Shown: in pieces, positions 25,453-37,972 of the stretch | How the letters are laid out: each line of letters opens with the position of its first letter | Numbering within the stretch: the first letter of the stretch is position 1 | Origin: Pocillopora damicornis | Taxonomy: Eukaryota | Direction: 5' to 3' | NCBI RefSeq assembly: GCF_003704095.1 | Contig: NW_020844895.1 | Location: 124,001 to 188,000 of the forward strand | DNA: 64,000 nt | Notes under the pieces: model-generated | What the model was told of the DNA's origin: nothing | Databases searched by the model: none | The model's input: only the letters and a program-made list of their open reading frames with translations | Made by a program: the position numbers and the translations under genes

Positions 25453-26511
25453 TCAATCCTGACCGTCAGAGAAGTCTGAAACAGGAATATTTCTTGAACT
25501 GAAAGCTATTGCTCGTACACTGAAGCTTGAAAACGGATTTACGTTCTCGTCTAAGATACTTGAATTTTTTTGAAGTGTCATACGGCGCACCACTTCGTTG
25601 AATCCTTTATGAAATTCTCTTTTACGAAGGGAATAGATAATTGGGTTACACACCGAGCTGAAGAAGTAAACGCCCGTTGTTGTTAGAATGACCTCTGCTG
25701 TAACTTTGATGTCTTTCACGAACTGACGGAAAATTCCTGTAATCCAGCCTGGAAGATAGCATAAGAGAAATGCAATGATGATTATATTGACATCGGCAGC
25801 GGCTTTCTGTTCCCTCTTCTTCCTTAATATGATCTTATTTCGTTGGTTTTGTTGTTGTCGCTTGCAATCAGAATCGTCGAAGCAACCAAGGTTGTTGGCC
25901 ACAGGGTTTATCTGAAGAGTTTTTGCTGTTCGAAAGACTCTCCAGTTAAGAAAAACAATAACGAGAAAAGGTAAAAGAAAGCTGAAAATCGCGTACGAAA
26001 TTATGTTTCTTTTCATGGAATCACCATGAACTGACCATCCTTGCTCGCAAAAGAACACTTCGGGGTTGTAAACGTAATTACCAAAACCAAGGAACGGACC
26101 GATGGAAAACGGAATTGGGACTATCCAGATGAGAGCCACCAACATCGTTTTGCATTTTGTCATCGTACCATCGTAAGTCAAAGGGGATTTCACAATAGCG
26201 TTGTATCGCTCATAAGAAACAGCCATTAGATGCAGAACAGAGTTGAAGTAGAAATAACGCACAAATGAAGGATTAAGGTAACACATTGTTCCTCCATACA
26301 ACCATCTCTGTTGCGCTATGCTTCCGATGCGGAAAGAGTTTGCCAGAGTCAAACAGAGAATATCTGAAACTGCAAGACTTGCAAGCAAAATATACCGCAT
26401 CACATGAAATCTCCTTTCCAGGACGGTCGTCACGATTACCAAAAAATTGCCTGGAATTCCGATGACGTCGAAAAGGGCGTGAAATGTTGCAACGATTTGG
26501 TGAAGAACCAT
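25453..26511 (-). CDS. Rhodopsin-like (class A) orphan GPCR 1, intronless CDS
   Basis: 352-aa ORF with 7 hydrophobic segments: TM1 GN, TM2 LASLAVSD, TM3 SYERY, TM6 CYLP, TM7 NPIIY, helix 8 KREF. Confidence 0.93.
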   Translation of the reverse strand: MVLHQIVATFHALFDVIGIPGNFLVIVTTVLERRFHVMRYILLASLAVSDILCLTLANSFRIGSIAQQRWLYGGTMCYLNPSFVRYFYFNSVLHLMAVSYERYNAIVKSPLTYDGTMTKCKTMLVALIWIVPIPFSIGPFLGFGNYVYNPEVFFCEQGWSVHGDSMKRNIISYAIFSFLLPFLVIVFLNWRVFRTAKTLQINPVANNLGCFDDSDCKRQQQNQRNKIILRKKREQKAAADVNIIIIAFLLCYLPGWITGIFRQFVKDIKVTAEVILTTTGVYFFSSVCNPIIYSLRKREFHKGFNEVVRRMTLQKNSSILDENVNPFSSFSVRAIAFSSRNIPVSDFSDGQD

Positions 26512-27463
26512 GTTTGACTCCAGCGAGTTATTTCTTCAAATGAACCATCCTTAGAAGCTTCTTCCAACAACATCTTGGAGGACCTGAAATAACAACAGAC
26601 ACCACACAATAAGGGCAAATGAAGTACTTGACATGTTTTAGAGAGACAAATGAAACGGAAACTGAGTTACACTTTCTTAAACTCCCACATGTTAGTAGCA
26701 CGTAGAATGTGAATCGTCCGGCGAAAAAGTGAAGAGAAAAAACAAACCTAACTTTTTTTTGTCCAATTTATAAGGAAAGTATAATGACTAAAAGAGGAGA
26801 TGACAAGCGAAGATTTGAGGATAAATCTTTAGGATTTACCTGTAATATAATTTGAAAAGCAAAGTATCCTGCTAAATGTCTTAAAGAATCTAAACGAGTT
26901 CTCGAGATTCACATGGCTTTGAGGAGGTTCCTTTCTTTTTCTTTATCATCATTACTCTTATTCTTCTTATTATTACTATTTATTTTTTGGAAAGTTTAAG
27001 ATAAACTAGAGGCAGCGACCCCAAAAACGAATCGCGAGCCCTTTTTGTTTTGCGTTTCACAAATCTTTTCTGCACGCGTTATCCACGTCGGAAAGAAGAT
27101 TTGGTCTACATGCATTTGGAACAAAATTTAATCTATTCCTCACGTCAATACGTGGGTAGAAGCTGCCAGGGCCTCGAAAACTTCCCTTCATATAAAAACG
27201 TGTTAAAGATAATTTATAGTCGACGTGGCCAATGAGTCCTCAGTCCTTAGTTCAATATATCAAAGCTTTTATTTTTCTTTTCTTCGTCGATCAAGCTCCA
27301 TTTAATTAAAGTTATCCATGTAAGGTGTTTATCAACAAAGAAATCAGGATTATCTTGGGAAAGAGTTTTTACCGACATGTGTTTCCTCTCTTCCTTATTC
27401 AACAACAGCAACATGCAGATGTTATTTTCTGAACTGAAAAACGACAAATGAATAAAGGGGGCA

Positions 27464-27498
<35 letters not shown>

Positions 27499-27510
27499 GA
27501 AGTATAAAAA

Positions 27511-27735
27511 GATAATTTGGTTTTAACAACTGAGTTGATAAAAGTAAATTGGCCACCGTAAATAGTTAAAAATAAATAGTAGATAATTTGGAAAGCTGAC
27601 ATTCAGAGCGTTAGCCATTCGTCAGGGCAAATATCGAAGGGCTCTGACCAAGAGCTAACGCTCAAAAAGTGAGCTTTAGAAACTTTTTACGGTGGTTTAT
27701 TACATTATCTACTCAGTTTATTAGACCAAATTATC
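27511..27735. mobile_element. Palindromic repeat carrying two inverted, degenerate hammerhead-ribozyme motifs (probable Penelope-like pLTR derivative)
   Basis: Arms GATAATTTGG...CTGAGTTGATA...CCACCGTAAA and TTTACGGTGG...TATCTACTCAG...CCAAATTATC. Hammerhead-like 34-mers at 27595-27628 (-) and 27641-27674 (+). Confidence 0.6.
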
Positions 27736-29468
27736 ATATTAAATTTATGCTTAAAATCGCATCTTTTTCTCAGCCAATAAGACCACTTCACTAAAACACA
27801 AAAACCAATTAAATTTTAAGACTTCTTCAAAAAAAAAATCAATCAAATTGCAGGAAAAACTGTTTTTTTACAAACCAGCTCTAAGTATTTGTACAGATTA
27901 CAAAAACTTGTATTTGGCAACTGGATTTCAAAATAGATGTAATAAAATGGTAATTAAACTCCGTTTTGTACAATTTGGTCTGAAATCATACCGGCTTGTC
28001 ACTTAAATATTAAACATTTGTCAAAAAACTGAAGCCACTAAGTTTTCAAAAATCGATGAATTGGGGGAGATATCTCTGGAATCCCTGTCACTGATTTTTT
28101 TTGGTCATTAAATCAAATCACGTACGAGATACGAAGAGCGATGTCCTAATTGGCCAACAACCTACCGTTTGTTTGAATTTTACAAAAGCAATAAATTGCA
28201 CTTTCTATTGGTTTATCGGCGTAATAACATACTTGGTACGTTGGGGGAACACGAAAAAAGTTTGAAAATTAGTCATCATGCCGGTAAAGCCTGTTATACA
28301 ATAGCAAGTTTTCCAAGATAAGTTTTACGTGCTCCTGAGTGTGAACGACAAGGTATTTTGACAAGTGTTGCTTTTTTATCATTATTCGTTGTATCCAGCG
28401 TTACAATAGTACAGCCGAGTCAGAACCGAGATCACTCAGCGCCCACAACTTCTTGTCAAGTTTTCTGTGTTGACACATACATACCATCAAGTTTTGCAAA
28501 ATTATAAATGAACTTTCCTTTAATTTAATATGTAATTCTCTCAGATTCTTAAGATGCATCCTTCATTTTCCGGTTCCAGGCGTTCAGTTGGTAAAACAGC
28601 GGCGCGATAGAAGTGGAGGAGTGAAAAAACGAGAGAGGCCTGAGTCGGGTTTTCACAGTTACCCCGTTGTCCAAGTAAGGATGAATTTCTAATTTCTTAC
28701 TTTAGGACTTTCAGATTTCTTTCACCTAATTCATCCTTCTGATTTTATCATTCTCGTTCGAGTGCCGATTCTATGGCGTGAGCGAAATCACGAACGTGTA
28801 CGCAAAATGATTATTCTTTCGTATTCTTTCTGCACAAACAAATAACAACTGTGGACAGCCTGGATAAGAGAAGAAACTGGGTCGTCGGTGGTCCTTCAAA
28901 GGTGAGAATATGACAGCATCCTCTCAATTTCAATATCAAAGCGCCATGGAGAACACCTAACAAGACCTTCGGCAAAAACTTGTGGACCGCGCATTCACGC
29001 ATCCTTAGCATCCACGCCTGATTTCCAGATTTTGTGTCTGGACAGGTACCCAGTCATAAACGGTTAACTGTTCTCCGGTATATTAATTCAAGACCCCGAA
29101 AAACTGTGTTCTGTTTGGCGTCACGTTACGGTAATCCTTTCACCCCTAAGAGTGACTTGCATCTAACTTCTGCTTACCGAATAACAGGATTCTACGATTG
29201 ACTAGAATTCGAAAAACGTTCTCTGAGAAAAGAGGTGTATTGTAACTAAAAAACGATAAAATTTGACGCTGGCGCGTTAAAATTTTCTGCACCCTTGAAT
29301 AGAAAATTACTCTGAGTCAGTCACAATGAGAAAATTTCAGTCACCTCGAAACTCAAAAGGATGTCCCCTCCCCTCCCCCCTCCAATTGCCATTCCGTGAA
29401 GTCAAACTCCAGAAAGAATTTCATGTTATCCTTAACCTTCAAAATGCTTTTATTCTACACCCACCTTC

Positions 29469-29474
<6 letters not shown>

Positions 29475-29512
<38 letters not shown>
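29475..29512. repeat. (TA)19 microsatellite
   Basis: Perfect TA run directly adjoining the MITE left TIR. Confidence 0.95.
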
Positions 29513-29513
<1 letters not shown>

Positions 29514-29826
29514 TGCATTTCCTCGAATAAGCGCCCACGTTATAATAAGCGCCCACCCCTCCATAAGCCATAATGTCAAACAAACGCCCCCCTCGAATGA
29601 GCGCCTCTCCCCACCCCCCTCCTTCACTTTCTTAAATAATAGGGATACAAAGAAAACCTGCTTAATTCTTTTTATAAATTTTTAAGCTTCAGGTAAAAAG
29701 GAATTAGTACTGGAAAATAATAAGCGTCTCCCTCGATTAAATGCCCTCCCTCCAATAAGCGCCCCCGCAACCACTTTTGGCCGAAATTTTAAACAGGCGC
29801 CCGGGCGCTTGTTCGAGGAAATACGA
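29513..29826. mobile_element. Tc1/mariner-type MITE (~24-bp imperfect TIRs, TA flanks)
   Basis: Left end CTGCATTTCCTCGAATAAGCGCCC; right end GGGCGCTTGTTCGAGGAAATACGA; TA on both sides; internal ATAAGCGCCC-like repeats. Confidence 0.75.
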
Positions 29827-31184
29827 TATACATGACATTGACCTAATGGAGGTTGAAAATGAATTTCCGTGCGTTCTCTACAATTCATACGTAGCTTTGT
29901 TGTTGTACGGAGTAGCTTTGATTTAAAATGATGAAAATGAACATCTTGCACTTGAGGCTTCCTGTGTCACAACAAGTTTTGTTTGAAGGCGTGAAGCAAA
30001 ATTTGTCAACACTCCCCTGACCGCAAGTTTTAAAAACTATTTCAGTGGTCTTTGTGTTACTTTTTTTGCAGTTTTCGTATCGTCAATTACTTTTTCAAGG
30101 ATAAAATCTCGTTTACGAGAGAGGCATTTCTAAACGAAATCTGAAATAATTACAAACGCACATCAAAACACGGGGGTTCCTCACAAGAAGCCACAGAGAA
30201 TTCAATAAAAAAACAAGGAAACTTTCATAAGCGTGGGAGAAAGACAATTGACCAATCGTGATTATGTTTAGCTTTGATTCCGATTGGCTGCTGGCGCGGC
30301 GCGAATTTTATGAACCAATCACGAGCTAAGTAAAGCAAAATACTCCACAGTTTCATTTTACTTTCGACACTCAATGGCAAATTGATTTGTTTGGCACAGG
30401 TTTTCATGGCACCCACTAATTCAGGGTTTTTATCTACGTTTCCTCCGAGTCCGGAATTAAACTGATGCTTGCATCTTAAACCAAAAGTTCGATTTAAAGT
30501 CTTTGATTCTTAAGTCGATTCTTAGGTCTTTGATTCTTAAGTCGATTCCAAGTCTTGACCAGAAACCAACGAAGGAGTTTTTTGTGGGTCTTCTTAAACT
30601 TCATCAAACCGAGAAGTCCATTTAGTCTAGTGATCTATAATACAATAGGAAAACCAAAACAATAAAAACAAAATTGATGCAAACAAAATCTTGTCACTAA
30701 GCATTGGGGTTCATTTTCCAGTTAGACAACACTTTTACGTTTATTTTACCGTTTATTTTATGCTGCATGACGCAAGAAAATGGGAATGAAGTATAGAAAC
30801 GCAATTTGGCGACTCTCAGTTTAAAGTACAAGTTGTTTTTATTCTTAAAATCTTGATCAATCTCGCGTTGCAGCGGAAGATGATCAACACTTCAGATGAA
30901 CAATCCACTGCTTCTGAAAATTTGAATTGTTCAAAAACAATTTATTATTTTCTTTTGTAAAGTTATTTGATGATTCTGCACAGATATGACAAGCATTGAG
31001 GCAAAGATAATATAATTTTTCACCTCACTTGTTTTCGAAACGTTCCGCGTAGATCCTGCTACCAGGATGTAGTTTACTGACGTATTTTTTGGAGTTACAT
31101 AAGTTACACATCATAGCGCTCGTGCCCCAAAACGTCATTGACTCTTGCAAAGTATACTTCAAGCGTTTGATTCTAAGATCAGGC

Positions 31185-32459
31185 ATGTCTTTTCATCAAA
31201 TAATCGCAGTTCTCCACGCTATTTTCAATATCGTCGGACTCCCCGGAAACGTGTTGGTGTTCATGACGATCGCGTTTGAGAGGAGATTCAATGTAATGCG
31301 ATATATTTTACTCGCCAGTCTTGCAGCGTCCGATATTCTCTGTTTGATTCTTACAAACTCGTTCCGCATCGCCAGCATAGCAGAAGAAAAATGGCGCTAC
31401 GGACAAACGATGTGTTACCTTAATCCGTTTTTTGTGCGATATTTCTACTTCAACACCGTTCTGCATCTGATAGCTGTTTCTTACGAAAGATACAAAGCTA
31501 TAGTGAGATCCCCTTTGACCCACGATGGCACGATGACAAAATGCAAATCAGTGTTTATCGCCCTCATCTGGATAGTTCCGATTCTAGTTTCCATCGGTCC
31601 GTTCCTTGGTTTTGGCAATTACGTATACAACCCCGAAGTGTTCTTCTGCGAGCAAGGATGGTCAGTTCATGATGATTCCATAGCAAGAAACATTGCGTTG
31701 TATGTGATTGGCATGTTTCTTGTGCCTTTTCTGGTAATAGTTTTCCTAAACTGGCGAGTCTTAAAGACGGCAAACATTCTTAAAAGAAACGCTGCCGCGC
31801 CGATCCTCAACGAACGCACCGTTGGAGCGGAGATCCATCGCAAAGAAACGCTGAGGCGCATGAACGAACGGAAAGCAGCCGTCGATGTCAGCATTATTAT
31901 TGCGGCGTTTCTGTTGTGCTTTTTACCCGGTTGGATTGTAGGACTTTGCCGTCAGTTCGTAAAAAATGTCAAGATTCCAGCAGAAGTTACTCTATCTACA
32001 ACTTGTATCTTCTTCGTCAGCTCAGTATGCAATCCTATAATATACTCCATCCGGAAGCGAGAGTTTCGAACCAGAGTAAAGAATTTGTTTAGGCGGGTTG
32101 GGGTCGCGCCTCATGTTAGCCCTAACGAAATCAGTTGCCAAGTTGAAAGCGCAAGTCTTCCACTTCGTCGACAATCGAACGCTTTCTTCTTGAAAACAAG
32201 AAGAGGACCACTCCTAAGTTTCTCAGGTTGCCAACAGGGCTCTGATCAATTTCTTTCAATCGAGGCTGGTGTAATGTCACAGAGACCTTGCCTCAGTCCC
32301 ATTCCAGAGATGGATACTGATAGCGAACTTCACTTCAGTGAGATTCCGATAGACTATCAGTTAAGAAATTGTGAGTCAGAGGTTCTGCCAAGTCAAATTC
32401 ACAGTTTACACTTGGGAAGAGTGGGCTTTACAAAAGAGAATACCCTAACCTTTCTGTAG
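31185..32459 (+). CDS. Rhodopsin-like (class A) orphan GPCR 2, intronless CDS
   Basis: ORF track 31089-32459 starts at TTG; the first ATG aligned with the paralog starts is 31185 (MSFHQIIAVLH). Motifs LASLAASD, SYERY, CFLP, NPIIY. Long Ser-rich C-tail. Confidence 0.93.
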   Translation: MSFHQIIAVLHAIFNIVGLPGNVLVFMTIAFERRFNVMRYILLASLAASDILCLILTNSFRIASIAEEKWRYGQTMCYLNPFFVRYFYFNTVLHLIAVSYERYKAIVRSPLTHDGTMTKCKSVFIALIWIVPILVSIGPFLGFGNYVYNPEVFFCEQGWSVHDDSIARNIALYVIGMFLVPFLVIVFLNWRVLKTANILKRNAAAPILNERTVGAEIHRKETLRRMNERKAAVDVSIIIAAFLLCFLPGWIVGLCRQFVKNVKIPAEVTLSTTCIFFVSSVCNPIIYSIRKREFRTRVKNLFRRVGVAPHVSPNEISCQVESASLPLRRQSNAFFLKTRRGPLLSFSGCQQGSDQFLSIEAGVMSQRPCLSPIPEMDTDSELHFSEIPIDYQLRNCESEVLPSQIHSLHLGRVGFTKENTLTFL

Positions 32460-34582
32460 TTGTAAAATAGATCTATATTCTTGAACAAAGAGAAGTAAAC
32501 TATCGAAAAACGCGTTGCATGCACTCTTAAAAGAAACTGCCTTACCTAATTTAACCTCCGCTATAACAAGATATTTTCGGAAACGTTGAAACTGAAAATC
32601 TTCCCCAGAACAAGTAAAGTAAGCAATTTGCATGACGAAAACATTTTGTATCACTTCTCTTCGCTATTAATGATAAAACAATTTCAAGGTAATTTTATAC
32701 ATTTCGCCTTTTGCTTGTTTTGAGTGTATTAGTGTAGAGAAACCAAAACAAAAGTACAGATTAGGGACTAGCATCACAAGGAGCCAATAGAAGTTCTAGT
32801 TAAAGACACGTGACTTGCAGAAAACGCGGCGGAAAAAAAAAACTAGTGACCAGGCCGCGATTGATGTCGAGTTTGCATCCGATTGATTGAGCTTGAGAAT
32901 TTAGCGTCAATAACAGAGTAGTAGAACAAAGCTATCATTGCAATCTCCGATTACTTTCCATATTAATATTTAAAAACCACTCTCATGAGCAAGCCTCGAC
33001 TGGTTTTCGTCACTGCTGCGGTATTTATTAATACATAATTCATCTTTCTCCGCCAATTTTGTGTAGCCTGGGGCCCCAAAGGATTAAGTCTGATAATCCT
33101 TAGTTTTCATAAAGGAATGAGAAACAGAGAAAGTAAGATTTCCACGTCGTGTTTTGAAATTAGGTTTCTTCCTACTCACTAACTCTTATTATGAATGTTA
33201 TTCCAAGAAAAAACTCCAAAGCTTCAAATATAAGGAAGGAGTGAAACAAAGAATAGAAACACATATTTAACAATTCAGGACGCATGAGAAGGAAGAATGA
33301 ATTCATTCAGTTTCTCTCAGAAACTCGCCGATATGCCCATATTCCATGTCTGTTCTTCGGACACTAACTTAGGATAGGGTGAGGGGAAGTTAAGTAGGAT
33401 AATGTTTGGTAGGCAGCATGAAACAAGGATTCAGGTGAGGGCATATCGTCAACTGGCAAAATTTCACTAATTATTACTCAACACCTACGATCCTTTCCCG
33501 TCAATATCACAGTTGTTGATGATTTCACCCAAAATTGCATTTTTCTCCTTTTAGGCCGTCACCACTAATTAGCACCTCTTAATACCGCCTAAATTCACTG
33601 AGAATTCTTGAAAATACAACAGGTTATAAAATTGCTCTAACATCTTTTAGCCCGTCATGCATTAAATAAGGAAGCAAACTAAAACGAGATAATGTGCAAA
33701 GAAAACACCATTAAAGGTATTTTACCCAAGGTAATTTATAAAAATTGTAGCTATTGTCCAAGTGCTATGCACCTCCTCCTATGAAAAAACCTTTCATTTC
33801 TCACCACACTTTTGCAAGAACTCTAGACCCAGGACTTGGATATTCTACGTTTCTTACAAGAGTATCATGTTATGAATTGTGCATTGTCACCCTTTCATGA
33901 CGTTCTAAATATCAATTCTCAACACTGTTTGGGATACATTTCTTACACTTTCAGAACTGAGAGTTTGGTATTTGATCAAACATTTTCCTCATCAATATTT
34001 ATACCCTACATCAGCACTCTGCTAGAAAATGAATAATTATTGTTGAGAGAAATTCTTTAGGTCATCCCTGGGAATGAAATGCATAAAATTTTTAAGTGAA
34101 ACAAATGTAAACATACAGAAGGAGGTGAGAATTTTAGTGACATCAGATTGTACCATTCAATCAAAGAATCAAAACCAATATCACACGATTGTGGTTTATT
34201 GTGAAAGGACCCCCAGCTTAATAGCAGCTATGCATAACAGTCTTAAGCCAACAGCACCACCTTGGCTCCAACCTACAGTACTCAAGGAATAAAAAACAAT
34301 GATCCTACTAAATGTACTTGGGGAGCTTTTGAGCTCATACCTACCTAAAGACATAAGCTTCCTCCCAGCACGAGTCAGTGTATATTTTTTTTAAAGTTTA
34401 TACTGGTGATTTGTTATTTTGAAGTTGAGACTATACAGAATTTCAAATCACCATTGGAATAATTGAAATTCTCCAAAAGCAAATCATTAGAGGGTTCCTT
34501 TGCCCAACTAGAAAAGAATTATTGGAATAATAGTTTATTCAGACTCTCTGGCTAGTGAAGGCAGACTTATGCATGCCCTTCT

Positions 34583-37500
34583 TTATGGTGCTTTGACTCC
34601 AACAACTTTCTTTCCTCCCTGAAAAACAAATAGAAATAATTTTTTTATTCAGTAGATGTTAACTTCATATCTTTTCTCTCATAATGCTTATTTTAATAAG
34701 CAATTTGAGAATTCCCCAATTATGGGATCTAAGTGCTACTGATTATCTCTTGGAAGAGGAACCTTTTCCAACCCCTTTGCTGAGGTATAGAACTTGCTAT
34801 CTATAAATACAGTAAAGCACTATGTAAATCTCTTCCCACTTTAACCCTTAAACAGAATTTCTCCCTACAATATCAACCAGATAAGTGATGAGAATAAAGA
34901 AAAATATCCTTTTGAGGACAATTAGTTGATCCAATACTAAATTCTCTGAAATAATGATATAAAAACTGTATGGTTGACAGTAAGGAGAATTACAAATTTG
35001 ATCTAGGAGTTAAAGGGTTAAAAGCGTATCAATATAATTTGTGATTTCATCTTCAAGAGACAATTTCAATATTCACCTGCTGTGTCATTGCACCACAATT
35101 CCTATTAAAATTTTAAGCATGATAGAATTATAGAAGTGTTACTAAGTATTGTGGCAGAACTGTAACAGCAGAGAAACAGAAACCAGGAGACAAAACAATT
35201 ATTCCATTCTTGATAATTTCTTAAATAATATGCCAGTGACAGTTTAGAAAATAAATGCAAACAGCTAAAAGTACATGTGCACCAATGCATTAGCACAATC
35301 ATGTCACCTTAAATAGCCAGAGTTGCATCATTTTAAATGGTTCTACTTTCTCTTGTCTTTTTTTTTTTTTTTTTTTAATTTTTAAAATCAAGTCTTACTG
35401 CCAAAAATTAAGTGTGAATTCCTTGTTCATGAAGGTAGAATGCTACAGATTTCCAATCTTTATTTTCCAATTACTACTTTCCAATCATTACAAGGGGCAA
35501 GAATGGTGGATTTAAAATTTTAAACAAGGATGTTTTTTGACCTAACTAATGCCTAAAAGTAAAAAGAAGATGCACCTCTCAGGAAGACCTTTGGCTTGCA
35601 CTTCCAAACCTTGGCTTTACACATGAGGAAGTATAATTACTTCAAAAGTGATGATTTAATGTCACAGTGTTTCAAATAAGCTCCATCTTACCTTTTTAAA
35701 TTCCTCGTCCTGTCGTTTCTCGTAATGGCCAAAGTCATCAAAGATTGATGTCTGGTGCTTGTAAGAATGAATGATCTTCAGTACCTGTTTTCCTTTCTCC
35801 AGTGGGACTTCCTGGGTATCCCGGGAATTGGTAACAGGCTTGTTGTCATTGTTCTCCAAGCGAATATGACGTAATGCATTGTTTGGCACATCCTTCACAT
35901 AGAACCATTTCACATCAAACTTGCCTTTCCACTTGTCCTGAGTCCAAATTCCAGTTTCAATCTCCATATCGACCTCCGATGTCATCATTGCAATTCCACA
36001 GAAATGGCCACTTCCATTCACACTGAAAAGCAGATAAATTGGAGATTTACTGCCCTGCTGCTCTTTAAAAGCATCGTTCAAACGCCTGTTTCCATGCTCT
36101 GTGCTTGTCCACACGGAGTATTTGATTGAACGATGAATATCGTCCTCGCTGTAACTTTTGATAATGAAAAACCGGGCATTTTTCTGAAGCAGGCCAAATT
36201 CCTTTGGATTGTAACAATTCTTGGATCTCAATTTATCAAGAATTGGAACAGATTCAGACGAATTAACTGGTGGATTCACAGGTCCTGGATTTCCGGACAT
36301 TCCTCCTGTATTGGGTCGCGGCCTTGTGCCGCGGCCAATCGCAGGCTTGTTGGGACCAGATTTTACTGCATTTCCCCATGCTCCAGATTCAACTTTAGAA
36401 GGCCCAACAGTTTGTTGTGAGGTTATTGGAGGAGGCAGTTTTGGTTTTGGTGGAGGTAACTTTGCCTTTGGCTTAGCTGGTTGGCTTGCAATAGCAGCCC
36501 AAGACTTTGGTTTAGTCTCAGAAGGAGTAACAGTTGATGAACTAGTTGCCTGAGATGACAACTTGGTTTGATCGTTCAACCCTTCATTTCCTTTGTCATC
36601 TACTCCTAGAGCCAAACTAGAAAGGGCATTTTCCACATTTCCAGCAGAACCAAACTCCTTTCCTTTCAAAGAGTCCAAATCAACTCCAATAGGATTCAAA
36701 GCTCCGTGTTCAGATGTCGGAGGTGGTGGTGGTTGGTAAAAATTTGGCAACATTGCTGCCCCCTGAGACTGTTCCCCCCATGAAATATCAGTAGATGTTC
36801 CAGGAAAATAGAGTGCTTGGGGGCCCTGAGAGTTATGGGTTAAACTGCTTAGATAAGCGTTTGTAGAAACGGCGACTCCTGCATTGTGATTGAACATCTG
36901 GTCTTGTAATAGTTGTTCTCCGTTCCCAACTGCTCCGAAACCCGATGAAGGAAACAGCGTGTTAGGATTGAGCGAAGGCACTCCAGTGGACCAAGTGCCG
37001 TCGCTGATTCCAGCAGCATTCAGATAAGGGAATGGCATCGGAGGTAATCCTGTATTGGAACCCGTTGTTGTCGTAGGATAAAATGGTGGCAGATAAGTGT
37101 CCGTTAATTGGCTCGGCAAGCTCGTGTTGACTTGTTGAGAGTTCAACTGTTTCTCGGTGCCCTAAACACGAATTTATGATTATCGTCGTAAGCCGATCCA
37201 TCGGGAATGCCATGACGTTATCGAAGGGATAGAAAAAAGACATGGCAACAGTTAGTGTAGGCCCTTGAAGGAATCAAATCGTGGTTAAAGCGGAGTGGTG
37301 CGAAGAAAATACGCCTGCAAAGTAAACATCTGACAAATCTCACCTGTTTCGCTCCCGGATGGAGGTAACGATCGATATCTTCACCCGCCACATTCTGTAA
37401 TTCGCCATTTTTGTTCACGTACCCTGTAAAATATTCGAAACAGCGTTAATCGATTAACTATCACGCAAACGGCTCTTTGCCGCTTAAAGCACGCAGTAAA

Positions 37501-37684
37501 AAGACAGTGACGTACCTTTTCCGCTGTGATCCTTGGGTCGCTGCGCACACACGAGGGAACACGCATTCAGGAATGCAGAGGAAATTAGAATCAAATTAGT
37601 CGTTGTTGCCGTTGGTCGCCAAGAAATCGACGAAAAACGAAATGATTTAAACTGAAAACATACCTGGTCGATAGTAGCTGACAT
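34583..37684 (-). CDS. YTHDF: YTH domain family m6A reader (YTHDF), 5 exons, ~543 aa
   Basis: Exons 37684-37664 (MSATIDQ), 37540-37516 (RPKDHSGK), 37423-37344, 37161-35692, 34618-34583 ([11 protein letters not shown]). N-terminus resembles YTHDF1/3 MSATSVDQRPK. P/S/Q/N/G low-complexity region, [13 protein letters not shown] motif, YTH domain [23 protein letters not shown]...WTQDKWKG...[13 protein letters not shown] with three cage Trp residues. Confidence 0.96.
34841..35021. mobile_element. piggyBac-like MITE copy in the last YTHDF intron
   Basis: TTAA|CCCTT...AAAGGG|TTAA; internal sequence shared with copies at ~17322-17523 and ~55307-55511. Confidence 0.7.
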
Positions 37685-37972
37685 TCCCTAAAAGAGTACA
37701 ATAGTCTCCGATACTAAAATCTCCAAATGATGGTCACTTCGTTCCACGTCGTTTAGATTATGAGGAAAGAGAACAAAAGAAAATGGCCGCTCCTTCTGTG
37801 GTTCGTCTGCGCGTGCTTTGCGTGACTTCACCAAATTTACGCAACTTGTCAATCAAGTATTCCAAATATGGTATTTCCCATAGGCCTTTTCGGGTAGGAT
37901 TCTAAACAAGATGGTGGACTAGGGTACGAGGAACCAGGAATTGAAATATTTTGTTGACAATACTTCAGCGCG
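37685..37972. promoter_or_regulatory. Probable bidirectional promoter, YTHDF / VPS11
   Basis: Divergent start codons 288 bp apart; YY1-like AAAATGGCCGC at ~37780, CArG-type CCAAATATGG at 37862-37871, AAGATGG at ~37908. Confidence 0.65.

Noticed and set aside
25453-26511. GPCRs as opsins or biogenic-amine receptors
   Set aside because: None of the four has Lys7.43 or Asp3.32.
36133-36553. Plus-strand ORFs opposite YTHDF (similar ones lie opposite DLAT and the GPCRs)
   Set aside because: Antisense shadows of real coding exons.
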